Below, one piece after another: positions 9,672-19,280 of a DNA stretch of 64,000 bases (position 1 is its first letter; the number at the start of each line of letters is the position of its first letter). Source of the stretch: Dehalococcoidia bacterium (GTDB lineage: Bacteria > Chloroflexota > Dehalococcoidia > Lucifugimonadales > UBA2985); assembly GCA_034421435.1 (NCBI GenBank), contig DAOUKJ010000048.1, positions 1,240-65,239 on the forward strand, given 5' to 3'. The notes beneath the pieces are model-generated. The model had not been told where the DNA came from. It searched no databases and saw only the letters and a program-made list of their open reading frames with translations. The translations under genes and the position numbers were made by a program.

Positions 9672-10454
9672 CTACCACGTGGCGTGGAAATGGTTCAGCG
9701 GCCCGTGGCCGGCCCCCACGGGAAAGGCATTCCTGATGGCCTCCGTGACGTACTCCTTGGCCCGTACCACGGCGTCCTCCACGCCCATGCCCTGCGCAAG
9801 ACCTGCGGTGATCGCGGACGCGAAGGTACACCCCGTTCCGTGTGTGCTGGTGGTCTCCAAACGCGGCGCGGAGAGCTCGCGGAACTGCCGGCCGTCGTAG
9901 AAGACGTCTATTGCGTCGCCCTGCAGGTGGCCTCCCTTGACCACCACGCTCCTCGCGCCCATGTCCACGATGTCGCGGGCGGCGCGTCGCGCGTCCTCGA
10001 GCGACTCCACACTGCGGCCGACCAGCACCGAGGCCTCCGGCAGGTTGGGCGTGACCACCGCCGCGAGCGGCACCAGAAGGCCTCGCAACGCCTCCACTGC
10101 CTCCTCCTGCAGCAGCCGGTCGCCGCCCTTGGCCACCATCACCGGGTCAACCACCAGATTCTCGATGGCGTGCTCACCAACCTTCTCAGCCACCGTGCGT
10201 ATGATGCCGGAGTTGGCCAGCATTCCGGTCTTTACCGCGTCAGCGCCTATGTCGGACATCACGGCGTCGATCTGCGCGGCGACCATGTCCGGCGGCAGCT
10301 CCTGCACGGCCGTGACGCCCAGCGTGTTTTGAGCGGTGATGGCGGTGAGGGCAGACGAGCCGTACACGCCCAGAGAAGCAAACGTCTTCAGGTCAGCCTG
10401 AATGCCCGCGCCGCCGCCGGAGTCGGAGCCTGCGATGGTCATGGCCTTCTTCAT
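9672..10454 (-). CDS. thiD: Hydroxymethylpyrimidine/phosphomethylpyrimidine kinase
   Basis: [21 protein letters not shown]...TPNLPEA...[10 protein letters not shown]. Confidence 0.9.
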   Translation of the reverse strand: MKKAMTIAGSDSGGGAGIQADLKTFASLGVYGSSALTAITAQNTLGVTAVQELPPDMVAAQIDAVMSDIGADAVKTGMLANSGIIRTVAEKVGEHAIENLVVDPVMVAKGGDRLLQEEAVEALRGLLVPLAAVVTPNLPEASVLVGRSVESLEDARRAARDIVDMGARSVVVKGGHLQGDAIDVFYDGRQFRELSAPRLETTSTHGTGCTFASAITAGLAQGMGVEDAVVRAKEYVTEAIRNAFPVGAGHGPLNHFHATW

Positions 10455-10496
10455 TGTGACTCTCCTGTGGCTGTTCTCGGCATCTCGGAGACAAAA

Positions 10497-10537
10497 CCTC
10501 TTCCCCCTTGATGGGGGAAGATTGAGATGGGGGTGAA
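10497..10537. repeat. 41-bp repeat with 8-bp-stem hairpin (copy 1)
   Basis: cctcttcccccttgatgggggaagattgagatgggggtgaa is identical to 35774-35814. On the minus strand it reads CTTCCCCC-ATCAA-GGGGGAAG followed by aggtttt, which is terminator-like. Confidence 0.8.
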
Positions 10538-10547
10538 CTGCGGGTGG

Positions 10548-10868
10548 TCAGTCAGCCCCCATCCTGTCCTTGGCGGATCTGTAGCAAGCCATAGCCGTTG
10601 GCAAGTCGACGCCCTCCCGAGCGGGATCCAAGGTCTTGGAGTGATCCATGATCTGGGTCCAATTCGGAAAGTAGCTGGTGGACGCGTGGTAGCCAACTAT
10701 CCAGTCGATGACGTCCAGCTCCAGCTGGCTGGCCGTCTCCTCCTGAATCCTCTCCTCGTGGGTGGGCCTGAGCCAGCCAATCTGTCGCCGGGCGTCAGCT
10801 CGAAGCTTCAGCAGGTACAATCCCAACAGTGCTACTGCTCCGATGGGGATCAAGATCCACTCTAGCAT
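10548..10868 (-). CDS. Hypothetical small membrane-anchored protein
   Basis: 106-aa ORF with an N-terminal hydrophobic helix (ILIPIGAVALLGLYLL). It lies between the transporter genes and thiD on the same strand. No family recognised. Confidence 0.4.
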   Translation of the reverse strand: MLEWILIPIGAVALLGLYLLKLRADARRQIGWLRPTHEERIQEETASQLELDVIDWIVGYHASTSYFPNWTQIMDHSKTLDPAREGVDLPTAMACYRSAKDRMGAD

Positions 10869-10903
10869 CGTGCGCCTCGCTAAATTGCTCTCGAGAGAAC
10901 GCC

Positions 10904-11911
10904 CTACGGCTGAAACTCGGACGTAAACGCGTCCGCAGCGTCCACGTCCTCCCCAAGCAGGCCCTCAGACTTCATCCAGGCCGCAAGGCTCTCCCACCGC
11001 TCCGCGGTTTGTTGGCCGAATGTCACGCCCTCCTCCTGCCACAGCGGGGCAAGCAGGCCGATGCCCTGCGACTCCAGGTCACCATCGATTTCGGGGTTGG
11101 CCTGAACGAGGATGTCCACGGCCGCCTGCGGATCGGCGATGGCGTCCGCGTAACCCCTAGCCGTAGCACGGAGGAATCGCTCAGCCACGTCCGGGGCGTC
11201 GGCAAGGTAGCTCTCACCGGCCACGAGCACTAGCTCGTAGAAGTCGGGCACGCCCCATTCCTCCATTCGCAGAACGCTCACCGGGTATCCCTGCTTCTCC
11301 ATCGCAATCGACTCGTGCGTCCAGTATGCCCCCACTATGGCGTCCACCTTCTTCCCGATCAGCGAGGGCGACAGCTCGTAGCCCACGTTCACCAGGGTCA
11401 CGTCATCGGCGGTGGCTCCGTCGTGCTGGAGCATCGACAGGAAGAGCGCCTCTTCGAATGGTATCCCGGTCACGCCCACGCTCTTGCCCACCAGGTCAGA
11501 GGGACGTTCGATGCCGGACTCCTCCAGCACCATGATGGAGTTCAGCGGATGCTGCACCATGGCGGCGATGGACTTCACCGGTACGCCTTCGCCCCTTGCC
11601 AGCAGCACCTCAGCCTGGTAGCTCACGCCGAAGTCGTCGCGGCCCGCGCCCACGGTCTTGAGCACGTCCTCCGGGTTGGCCGGCACCACGATATCGACGT
11701 CAAGTCCCTCCTCATCGTAGTAGCCGCGCTCCTGCGCTACGTAGAAGCCGGCGTGGTTGGAGTTGGGGAACCAGTCCAGCGCCAGGCTCACGCTCACGAC
11801 CTCGGGCGTTGGCGTCGCGGTCGGCTCAGGATCCTCGCAGGCGGCCGCAAGAATGACGACCATGACCGACAATGCTGCCATGAACAGGGACATTCCAAGT
11901 TTGGTTCTCAA
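10904..11911 (-). CDS. ABC transporter substrate-binding lipoprotein, NMT1/THI5-like (ThiY-like)
   Basis: Lipobox LAAAC, then LDWFPNSNHAGFYVAQERGYY typical of NMT1/THI5-type binding proteins. It sits in a TPP-riboswitch-led operon. Confidence 0.8.
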   Translation of the reverse strand: MRTKLGMSLFMAALSVMVVILAAACEDPEPTATPTPEVVSVSLALDWFPNSNHAGFYVAQERGYYDEEGLDVDIVVPANPEDVLKTVGAGRDDFGVSYQAEVLLARGEGVPVKSIAAMVQHPLNSIMVLEESGIERPSDLVGKSVGVTGIPFEEALFLSMLQHDGATADDVTLVNVGYELSPSLIGKKVDAIVGAYWTHESIAMEKQGYPVSVLRMEEWGVPDFYELVLVAGESYLADAPDVAERFLRATARGYADAIADPQAAVDILVQANPEIDGDLESQGIGLLAPLWQEEGVTFGQQTAERWESLAAWMKSEGLLGEDVDAADAFTSEFQP

Positions 11912-11915
11912 CGCT

Positions 11916-12755
11916 CTACCTCCGTACAGAACTGTCTCCCAGCGCCTCGTCGCGGCGCCCCCTGTTGTGCCAAGGCACGGCGTATCGCTCCGTCAGCACC
12001 ACCAGCAGGAACAGCGATACGCCCATGACGGACAAGATGAACATGGAAGCGAACACCCTGTCAGTCAGAAACTGCGGAGCGGAACGGGTCATCAGGTAGC
12101 CGAGACCCGCGCTGGCGCCCACCCACTCGCCCACGACGGCGCCTATCACGCTTAGCGCAGTGGCCACTCGCAGGCCCGAGAAGAGGAAGGGCAGGCACGA
12201 TGGCGCCTGCACCTTCGCGAAGAGCTGCCACCTGTTTGCGCCCAAGGTGCGCATCATCCTGAGCAGGTCAGGGTCCGCCGACTTGAGGCCGTCCACGGTG
12301 TTGACAACTATGGGGAAGAACGAGAGCAGAATCACGACGATCACCTTGGGCCAGATGCCGTAGCCTATCCAGATCAGAAGCAGCGGCGCGATGACTATGA
12401 CCGGCACTGTCTGCGAGGCGATGACGAACGGGTAGACGGCGCGCTCGACCAAGCGGGAGTAGGCGATGACGCCTGCGATAGCCACGCCAATCACCACCGC
12501 CAGTGCGAATCCCAGCAATACCTCGCCGAGCGTGACCCACGTGTGCCTGAGCAGCAGGTCACGGCTTGCCAGCAGCTCAGCGCCGATGGCGGAGGGCGGT
12601 GGCAGTAGCCATCGCTCCACGTCGAGCAGGCGCACGGCCGCCTCCCACGCGGCTACCGCCCCTGCAATGACGAGGGCCGGCAGCCCCCACTGTAGCACGA
12701 CCGAAACGCGGCCGCCGGAATGTTCGCGCATGGCAACTGTCGTGTCGCCGCTCAC
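11916..12755 (-). CDS. ABC transporter permease (ThiX-like)
   Basis: Multi-TM protein with an EAA-like loop (MRTLGANRWQLFAKVQAPSCLPFLFSGLRVA). Its start overlaps the stop of the ATPase gene by 4 nt. Confidence 0.8.
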   Translation of the reverse strand: MSGDTTVAMREHSGGRVSVVLQWGLPALVIAGAVAAWEAAVRLLDVERWLLPPPSAIGAELLASRDLLLRHTWVTLGEVLLGFALAVVIGVAIAGVIAYSRLVERAVYPFVIASQTVPVIVIAPLLLIWIGYGIWPKVIVVILLSFFPIVVNTVDGLKSADPDLLRMMRTLGANRWQLFAKVQAPSCLPFLFSGLRVATALSVIGAVVGEWVGASAGLGYLMTRSAPQFLTDRVFASMFILSVMGVSLFLLVVLTERYAVPWHNRGRRDEALGDSSVRR

Positions 12756-13612
12756 TGCCGTTCCTCCGTCCGAGGGACTGCGGTGGCCGCCGCTCCTCCG
12801 GCGCCCGCGGGAGCTTCATCCTCACGCAGCGCGGCAAGCGCCTGCGCCTTGATCTCCACGAACGCCGGCTCCGTCACCATCTCGTACCGGCGCGGGCGAG
12901 GCAGGTCAATCGTGAATTCAACCCTCACGCTGCCGGGTCGCGGCGTGAGCACGTATACCCTGTCCGAGAGAAGTACCGCCTCCTCCACGTCGTGGGTCAC
13001 CAGCACCACGGTCTTGCTCCAGGACTCCCACAGCCCCAGCAGCCACTCCTGCATGCCGGCCCTGGTCAGCGCGTCAAGTGCGCCGAACGGCTCGTCCAGC
13101 AGCATGACGTCCTGATCGGTGAGTACGGTGCGCAGGAAGGCGACCCGCTGGCGCATACCGCCCGATAGATGCGCAGGGTAGCTCTTCTCGAATCCCTCCA
13201 GACCGAATGGCCCCATCAGCGCTATTGCCGAGCTTCGTGCCTGAGACCGGGACTTCCCCATGAGCTCAGGTCCCAGCAGCGCATTGTCCAGCACGCTGCG
13301 CCAGGGGAGGAGCAGGTCCTTCTGGAGCATGTAGCCGACGGTACCAAGGCGCCGCGAGACCTGTCGCCCATCCACGAGGATGCGGCCCTGCGAAGGCTCC
13401 TCCAGTCCGGCGATGAGGTTGAGCAGGGTGCTCTTGCCGCATCCGCTAGGACCGATGATGCTCACAAACTCGCCATCGCAAACGCGCAGGTCAACGCCGC
13501 GCAGTACGGGAAGCGGTTCTCCGCCCAGGAAGAAGTCATGCCCAACGCCGTCCAGCTCAATCTTGAGAGGAGACGCGGCATCGACAGGTCTGCGCTCCTG
13601 GCCGTTGGTCAT
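12752..13612 (-). CDS. ABC transporter ATP-binding protein (ThiZ-like)
   Basis: Walker A GPSGCGKST, signature LSGGMRQRV, Walker B MLLDEP. Confidence 0.85.
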   Translation of the reverse strand: MTNGQERRPVDAASPLKIELDGVGHDFFLGGEPLPVLRGVDLRVCDGEFVSIIGPSGCGKSTLLNLIAGLEEPSQGRILVDGRQVSRRLGTVGYMLQKDLLLPWRSVLDNALLGPELMGKSRSQARSSAIALMGPFGLEGFEKSYPAHLSGGMRQRVAFLRTVLTDQDVMLLDEPFGALDALTRAGMQEWLLGLWESWSKTVVLVTHDVEEAVLLSDRVYVLTPRPGSVRVEFTIDLPRPRRYEMVTEPAFVEIKAQALAALREDEAPAGAGGAAATAVPRTEERQ

Positions 13613-13687
13613 CCCATAGATGGCCGACCAGAAAAGGAACGGCCGCCCCCATCAGGCAGGCGACCAATCGAGAACAAGCTATGGTCC

Positions 13688-13785
13688 GGCACTCTCCCTC
13701 CGCTGGCATTACCCAGATCAGGTGCTCAGGGTCGCCCCGATGTGTCGGGGCCTCTCAGCCTGGCTCACCAAGCTCCCCTCAGGCC
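13688..13785 (-). promoter_or_regulatory. TPP (THI-box) riboswitch
   Basis: The minus strand reads ggtgagccaggCTGAGAggccccgacacatcggggcgACCCTGAgcACCTGATCTGGGTAATGCCAGCGgAGGGAg. This is a near-textbook THI element about 75 nt upstream of the ABC ATPase start. Confidence 0.85.
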
Positions 13786-13924
13786 CTATGCTGTTGTGAC
13801 TCGCGCGTGAGTATAGCGCGGGCGGCGGAGGGAGTCAACGGCGCAGGCCGCCTCCTCCCACAACGTACGGACGGGACAATTGCAATGCAACACCTCGGCT
13901 GATTGCAACATCAGAGATAAAGAG

Positions 13925-14788
13925 CTAGTCCACCAGCCTCCGCAGGAACTCCCCAAAGGCCGGGCCGGTGTCCTCCCGCCTAAGCGCCATCTCAATGGAC
14001 GCCCTCAGCAGCCCCATGGGATTGCCCACGTCGTAGCGGGTGCCTTGGAAGCGGAGCGCGTAGATGTCCTGGTCATTCAGCAGAATGGCAAGGCCATCGG
14101 TGAGCTGGAGCTCACCAATGGCGCCCTCCTTCACCTCGGCTAGGGCGTCGAAGATCTGCGGCGTGAGCACGTACCGGCCAACGATGCCCAGGTTGGACGG
14201 AGCGTCCTCCAGGGCCGGCTTCTCCACCGTGCCCCTGACTCGGTAGACGCCGTCCGCGACCAGCTCCGGGTCTATCACGCCGTAGCTCTGAATCGCTGGG
14301 CCGTCCACCTCCTCCACGGCTATAACGGAGGCCCCGTATAGGTCGAACACCTCCAGCAGCTGGGCCAGCGCGCCCGGCTCAGCGGCGATGATGTCGTCCG
14401 GGAGGATCACGGCGAACGGCTCGCCGCCCACGGTCCTTGCCGCGCACGCCACCGCGTGGCCCAGTCCCAGCTGCTCCGCCTGGCGCACGTACGTCATCTG
14501 CGCCAGCTCGGACGGACGCCTCACCTGTGCGAGGCGGTCGTTGTCGCCGCGGGCGGACAGCAGCCCTTCCAGGTCGGCGTTCTTGTCGAAGTAGTCGGCA
14601 ATGGCCTCCTTGCCACGTGCGGTCACCACAATGACCTCCTCGATACCCGCAGCGGCGGCCTCCTCCACCACGTACTGCATGGCCGCCCGGTCCACCAGTG
14701 GCATCAGCTCCTTGGGCACCGCCTTGGTGACCGGCAGAAATCGAGTGCCCAGTCCGGCGGCGGGAATCACGGCCTTTCTCACCTTCAT
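13925..14788 (-). CDS. galU: UTP--glucose-1-phosphate uridylyltransferase
   Basis: MKVRKAVIPAAGLGTRFLPVTKAVPKELMPLVD... Confidence 0.9.
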   Translation of the reverse strand: MKVRKAVIPAAGLGTRFLPVTKAVPKELMPLVDRAAMQYVVEEAAAAGIEEVIVVTARGKEAIADYFDKNADLEGLLSARGDNDRLAQVRRPSELAQMTYVRQAEQLGLGHAVACAARTVGGEPFAVILPDDIIAAEPGALAQLLEVFDLYGASVIAVEEVDGPAIQSYGVIDPELVADGVYRVRGTVEKPALEDAPSNLGIVGRYVLTPQIFDALAEVKEGAIGELQLTDGLAILLNDQDIYALRFQGTRYDVGNPMGLLRASIEMALRREDTGPAFGEFLRRLVD

Positions 14789-15531
14789 GGCTTCACCTCA
14801 TTGCTGGCCCGCTGCGAAGCGGCTGCGGATATGGCCTCTCCAAGGTCCACGTCGCCGGTGTACAGCGCTCTGCCTATGATCACGCCCTCCACGCCCAGGG
14901 ATGCAAGGCGTTCCACGTGCTCCGGCGAGGATACGCCCCCTGAAACAACCAGCGAGGCGTCGCAGCCCCTCGCTATCTCCTCGATGGCTCCGAAGTTGGG
15001 CGAGGTCAGCGTCCCGTCCCGCGAGATGTCTGTGTAGACGAACCGCCGCACTCCCAGTGCGGCCATGCTTCGAATGAGGTCCAGCGCTGAGATTCCGGTG
15101 GTCTCACGCCACCCCCAGGTTGCCGCCATGCCGTTCCTTGCGTCCACTCCCACCACCACCGCCTCCGCACCAAACCTGCTGCACGCCTGCTCCACCAGGG
15201 CAGGGTCTTCGACCGCGCTTGTGCCCAGTACGAATCGCTGCACACCCATGTCCAGGACTCGCGCGGCGGAGTCCAGGCTGCGTATGCCTCCTCCGGTCTG
15301 AATGGGCACGCTCACCGCCTCGCAGATGCGTCGAAGCGCTTCCAGGTTGGCCGGAACGCCGGTGGCGGCGCCGTCCAGGTCGACTACGTGCAGCCGGGGA
15401 GCGCCCAGTTCCTGCCACTTCAGTGCCACGCTCGTGGGATCGTCCGAGAAGACCGTCTCCCTGTCGTAGTCACCTTGGTAGAGACGGACGCACCTCCCGT
15501 CGCGAAGGTCGATTGCGGGTATGACCTCCAC
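14785..15531 (-). CDS. hisA: 1-(5-phosphoribosyl)-5-[(5-phosphoribosylamino)methylideneamino]imidazole-4-carboxamide isomerase
   Basis: VEVIPAIDLRDGRCVRLYQGDY... I chose the GTG start at 15531, 1 nt after the hisH stop; the longer ORF to 15582 overlaps hisH. Confidence 0.85.
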   Translation of the reverse strand: MEVIPAIDLRDGRCVRLYQGDYDRETVFSDDPTSVALKWQELGAPRLHVVDLDGAATGVPANLEALRRICEAVSVPIQTGGGIRSLDSAARVLDMGVQRFVLGTSAVEDPALVEQACSRFGAEAVVVGVDARNGMAATWGWRETTGISALDLIRSMAALGVRRFVYTDISRDGTLTSPNFGAIEEIARGCDASLVVSGGVSSPEHVERLASLGVEGVIIGRALYTGDVDLGEAISAAASQRASNEVKP

Positions 15532-15532
15532 A

Positions 15533-16153
15533 CTACGCCTCCACCATGGACTTGATGAAGCTCTCGTACAGGCGCAGACCAAGGGCGCCGCTCTTCTCCG
15601 GGTGGAACTGGGTTGCCACCATGTTGTCCCTGGCCATCACGCTGCAGAACCGCAGGCCGTAGTCGGTGGTCCCCAGCACAAGTGACTCGTCTTCCGGGGC
15701 GGCGTAGTAGCTGTGCACGAAGTAGAAGTAGGAGCCGCTCTCAACTCCTCGGAAGACCGGGTGTTCCTCGACGAGATCGACCCGGTTCCAACCCATGTGC
15801 GGGCGCTTCACCTGCTCCGGCAGCAGGCGCACGCGGCCGGGCGCCACTCCAAGGCACGGCGACGGGCCCTCTTCGGACGTCTCCAGCAATAGCTGAAGGC
15901 CCAGGCATACGCCGAAGAAGGGTATCCCACGACCGATCACCTCTCGCAGCGGCTCAACCAGGCCTCCGGCGTGCAGCGCAGTCATTGCCGACTCCGATGC
16001 ACCCTGGCCTGGGAAGATCACCGCGTCGGCGTCCTTGACGTCGTCCGGGTTGCCCGTCACGCTGGGCGCGTATCCCAGCTTCTCGATTGCCTTGGCCACG
16101 CTTCGCAGGTTTCCGGCGCCGTAGTCAACAATGACGATCCTTCCCTGCGTCAT
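15533..16153 (-). CDS. hisH: Imidazole glycerol phosphate synthase, glutamine amidotransferase subunit
   Basis: IVIVDYGAGNLRSV...FGVCLGLQLL...FVHSYY...TQFHPEKS. Confidence 0.9.
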   Translation of the reverse strand: MTQGRIVIVDYGAGNLRSVAKAIEKLGYAPSVTGNPDDVKDADAVIFPGQGASESAMTALHAGGLVEPLREVIGRGIPFFGVCLGLQLLLETSEEGPSPCLGVAPGRVRLLPEQVKRPHMGWNRVDLVEEHPVFRGVESGSYFYFVHSYYAAPEDESLVLGTTDYGLRFCSVMARDNMVATQFHPEKSGALGLRLYESFIKSMVEA

Positions 16154-16899
16154 TCCGAGTTCCTCCCCAGGAAGTCCAGAATGATGCCCTGCGCACGAGG
16201 GCCGGTGTCGCCGGTGAGCATGTCCGTGCCGTGCGCAGCCCCATCAAGGAAGTGCAGCTCCTTTGGGTCATCGGTTCCCTGGTCAAGGAGAGATGCGCTT
16301 CGGGCGTAGAAGCCGTCATCCCTGGCTGCAATGAACAGCTTGGGCGCGGATATGCTGCGCAACTCGCCCCTGGCGTCCAGGTTCTCAATCAGAGGCGGCG
16401 CGGAAAGCGTTACCACGCCGGCCACGTCGGGGCGTGGGGCAACCTTCAGCGATGCTGTGCCTCCCATGCTCGCGCCGACCAGGAACACCTTCGACGCTCC
16501 CCGGCCTCGAAGGATCTCCATCGCGGCAACCACGTCCTTGTCCAGGCTGTCTATGTCAACCTCCCCCTGGGAGTCTCGGAAGCCCCGAAAGTCGAAGGCC
16601 AATACGTGATAGCCCCTGTCCCTCAGCACGCGGGCGAACGGCCACCAGCTCTCCTGGTCGGCCGGTCTCATGTGGCTCAGCACCACGCCGACCTGACCTG
16701 AGCCGAAGACGTGTCCGGACAGCTGCACTCCGTCCTCCGTATCGAATGTGACCTTCTCCGCGCCTCCGCCGGGGCTGGGATTGGCGCTGCACCCGGCCGC
16801 CATCAGCGCGAGGGCCAGTGCGAGTACCGGCACGCCAACCCATCTCGCAGGCGAGAGCCTAGGCGGGTAGTTTACTGTCATCATTGCGGGCCATGACAA
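16150..16899 (-). CDS. Alpha/beta-fold hydrolase, probable lipoprotein
   Basis: Lipobox LMAAGCS. It has a dienelactone-hydrolase/S9-like arrangement with a nucleophile elbow GASMGG. Its stop overlaps the hisH start (ATGA). The start codon is uncertain. Confidence 0.65.
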   Translation of the reverse strand: MSWPAMMTVNYPPRLSPARWVGVPVLALALALMAAGCSANPSPGGGAEKVTFDTEDGVQLSGHVFGSGQVGVVLSHMRPADQESWWPFARVLRDRGYHVLAFDFRGFRDSQGEVDIDSLDKDVVAAMEILRGRGASKVFLVGASMGGTASLKVAPRPDVAGVVTLSAPPLIENLDARGELRSISAPKLFIAARDDGFYARSASLLDQGTDDPKELHFLDGAAHGTDMLTGDTGPRAQGIILDFLGRNSE

Positions 16900-17195
16900 G
16901 TCTCACGTCGTCCCTGCCGAAAGAGGCGGCTTCGCGTTCGCCCGGCGGGACTAAATGCTCCATTTGCTCAGTGTGCCGGAACGCCGCGAAAGTCGCCGTC
17001 CGGCGGTTGCTCCATGCGCGGATTATAGCACACGAGCAAACGGTGACCGGCCTCGAAGATGCCCGCAAATTGCGCTCAACAGCCGACCCGCGCAGGTTGA
17101 CCGCGCCGATACCACCGCTTAGAATTGGGGCTGAAATCGGCGGCTGCCCGCCGGATCAGGCGCCAATGCTGGGGCAACGGTGAAGTGGGGAGCGA

Positions 17196-18140
17196 ATGGA
17201 AGAGAACCTGGAGCATTACCTGGAGACCCTGGCCGACGATGAGCGGTCGCTGAGAAACGCTGACCTCATGCGGCTGTCCAATCTGACGGCCGAGGACCTG
17301 CGACTGGTGAACTCCGTATGGCGTGACATAGACGCCGAGCGGCGGCGGGACGTGCTGGTACGACTGATCGATCTATCCGAAGAGAACCTTGAGGCGGACT
17401 TCAACGATCTCTTCAAGCACTGCCTGAGCGACGATAGCGCGGAGGTCAAGGCCAAGGCAATCGAGGGCCTGTGGGAGTGCGACGACCGTACGCTGGTGGC
17501 GCCGCTGACCACACTACTCGCCCAGGACCCATCGGAGGAGGTGCGAGCTGCTGCGGCCGCTGCTCTCGGAAAGTTCGCCGTTCTGTCGCAGACGGGCAAA
17601 ATGCTCCAGAAGGATGGAGACCGCATAAAGCAGGGTCTCATGAACGCCGTTCTGGACGGCGACGAGAGCCTTTCGGTGAGGCGCAGGGCCATGGAGGCGG
17701 TGGCGCCCTTCAACACCGATGACGTGCAGAAGGTCATCCAGGACGCCTACAAGAGCTCCGTGAAGGGGATGCGTTGCAGCGCCGTCTACGCAATGGGCAA
17801 GAGCTGCGATTCGCGCTGGCTGCCCGTCATCCTGTCGGAGCTTCAGAACTCGGACGCGGCGATGAGATTTGAGGCCTCCAACGCCTGTGGTGAGCTTGGC
17901 GAGGAGCCGGCAGTGCCGCACCTCATCCCTCTCTTCGAGGATGACGACCACGAGACGCAGATATCCGCCATAACCGCCGTGGGGAACATCGGGGGCAGCC
18001 TGGCCCGGAAGGCCCTGCTGCGCTGCATCAAGTCCGCTGACGACCTGGCAGCCGAGGCGGCTCAGGAGGCGCTGGACAACCTGGACGCCGGAGAGCGCAC
18101 CTTCGCCACGGACCCCTATCCGCCCCGTTCGGCTCGCTGA
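17196..18140 (+). CDS. HEAT-repeat (PBS-lyase-like) protein
   Basis: Repeated ...VR.AA..ALG../..MRFEASNACGELG.. helical repeats along 314 aa. Confidence 0.65.
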   Translation: MEENLEHYLETLADDERSLRNADLMRLSNLTAEDLRLVNSVWRDIDAERRRDVLVRLIDLSEENLEADFNDLFKHCLSDDSAEVKAKAIEGLWECDDRTLVAPLTTLLAQDPSEEVRAAAAAALGKFAVLSQTGKMLQKDGDRIKQGLMNAVLDGDESLSVRRRAMEAVAPFNTDDVQKVIQDAYKSSVKGMRCSAVYAMGKSCDSRWLPVILSELQNSDAAMRFEASNACGELGEEPAVPHLIPLFEDDDHETQISAITAVGNIGGSLARKALLRCIKSADDLAAEAAQEALDNLDAGERTFATDPYPPRSAR

Positions 18141-19093
18141 AACGCCATGCGCGCCGCTCCGAGCAGGGGCGCGTCGTCTCCCAGGACAGTCGCGGTGACG
18201 TTCACCTTGTCCCGGAGGTTGGCCATCGTGTGTCGGCGCGTCGCGGCCAGCAGCGCCTCAGCGTAAGCGTCGAAGCTGCGACTCACACCGCCTCCCAGGA
18301 CGATCAGGTCCGGGTCAAAGATGTGCATCAGGTTCGCCAGCCCCAGCCCCAGGTTTTCCACGAACTTCCGCATGATGTCCACGGCAAGCGGATCGCCCCT
18401 GATGGAGGCCTCCACCACCAGCGCCGAGGTAACTTGGGACGGGTCGCCGCCCGCCATCTCAAGCAGCAGTTCACCCTCGCCGCGAGCCAGACCCTCCCGC
18501 GCGAACCTGGCCATCGAAGTGCCGGACGCCAGCGACTCCAGGCAGCCGCGGGCCCCACATGAGCAGAGGGGGCCGTTCCTGTCTATCACCATGTGGCCCA
18601 GCTCGGCGGCATAGCCCCGCGCGCCCAGCAGAGGCTCGCCGTCCGCAATGACGCCACCGCCGATGCCGGTGCTCACGGTCAGGTAGACCATGTTGTCCAG
18701 GCCCCGACCCGCGCCGTACGCGTGCTCACCGACGGCTCCGAGGGTGGCGTCGTTGGCGGCCCACACCGGCAGGCCGAACCTTGGCGTCAGCTCCGCGCCG
18801 GGTGAGAAGCCGTCCCACCCCGGCAGGTTTGGAGGTGCGTAGAGCGTGCCCGTCACCGGATCGACCGGGCCGGCCAGAGACGCCCCGATACCCACCAGTC
18901 GTCGCTCGCCAGTGCGCGTCAGGAGCACCTCGATTATGGACGCTATCCGCTCCAGAGCCTCGTGGGAGCCTGCGAGGGCCTGCGTCTGGCCCCCCTCCCT
19001 CTGCACGATGTTCCCGGCGCGGTCGACTAAGGCGACACGGGTGCGAGTGCCTCCCACGTCCATGGCGATGCACAGGTCGTCCATGCCGGTCAT
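18116..19093 (-). CDS. ROK-family sugar kinase (glucokinase-like)
   Basis: N-terminal AMDVGGTRTRVALVD, and the ROK zinc motif GHMVIDRNGPLCSCGARGCLE. Confidence 0.8.
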   Translation of the reverse strand: MTGMDDLCIAMDVGGTRTRVALVDRAGNIVQREGGQTQALAGSHEALERIASIIEVLLTRTGERRLVGIGASLAGPVDPVTGTLYAPPNLPGWDGFSPGAELTPRFGLPVWAANDATLGAVGEHAYGAGRGLDNMVYLTVSTGIGGGVIADGEPLLGARGYAAELGHMVIDRNGPLCSCGARGCLESLASGTSMARFAREGLARGEGELLLEMAGGDPSQVTSALVVEASIRGDPLAVDIMRKFVENLGLGLANLMHIFDPDLIVLGGGVSRSFDAYAEALLAATRRHTMANLRDKVNVTATVLGDDAPLLGAARMAFQRAERGG

Positions 19094-19280
19094 TTGCTCC
19101 TCCTTGGCGCATCACGCCTCGGTGTGGGGCGCCGCGCCCGGCAGTCGCACCGCGTTGCGACGACTCGCGCCGGCAGCCGGCTGCGGGCCATTATGCGCTT
19201 GTCCACAAACTCAAACAAGGCCGCACTCCTGCTTTCGAACGCCTCTATGTTATTATAGAAGCAGTCTACACGCACGCAGG

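Noticed and set aside
10455-10547. Possible second TPP riboswitch directly upstream of thiD
   Set aside because: The minus-strand sequence has no CUGAGA / ACCUGAUCUGGNUAAUGCCAGCG core. The structure there is the 41-bp repeat hairpin, which is also found at 35774.
18846-19280. N-terminal 145-aa extension of the AAA+ ATPase ORF
   Set aside because: The extension overlaps the ROK kinase gene antisense and is Arg/Pro-rich. The recognisable ATPase sequence begins after ATG 19281.
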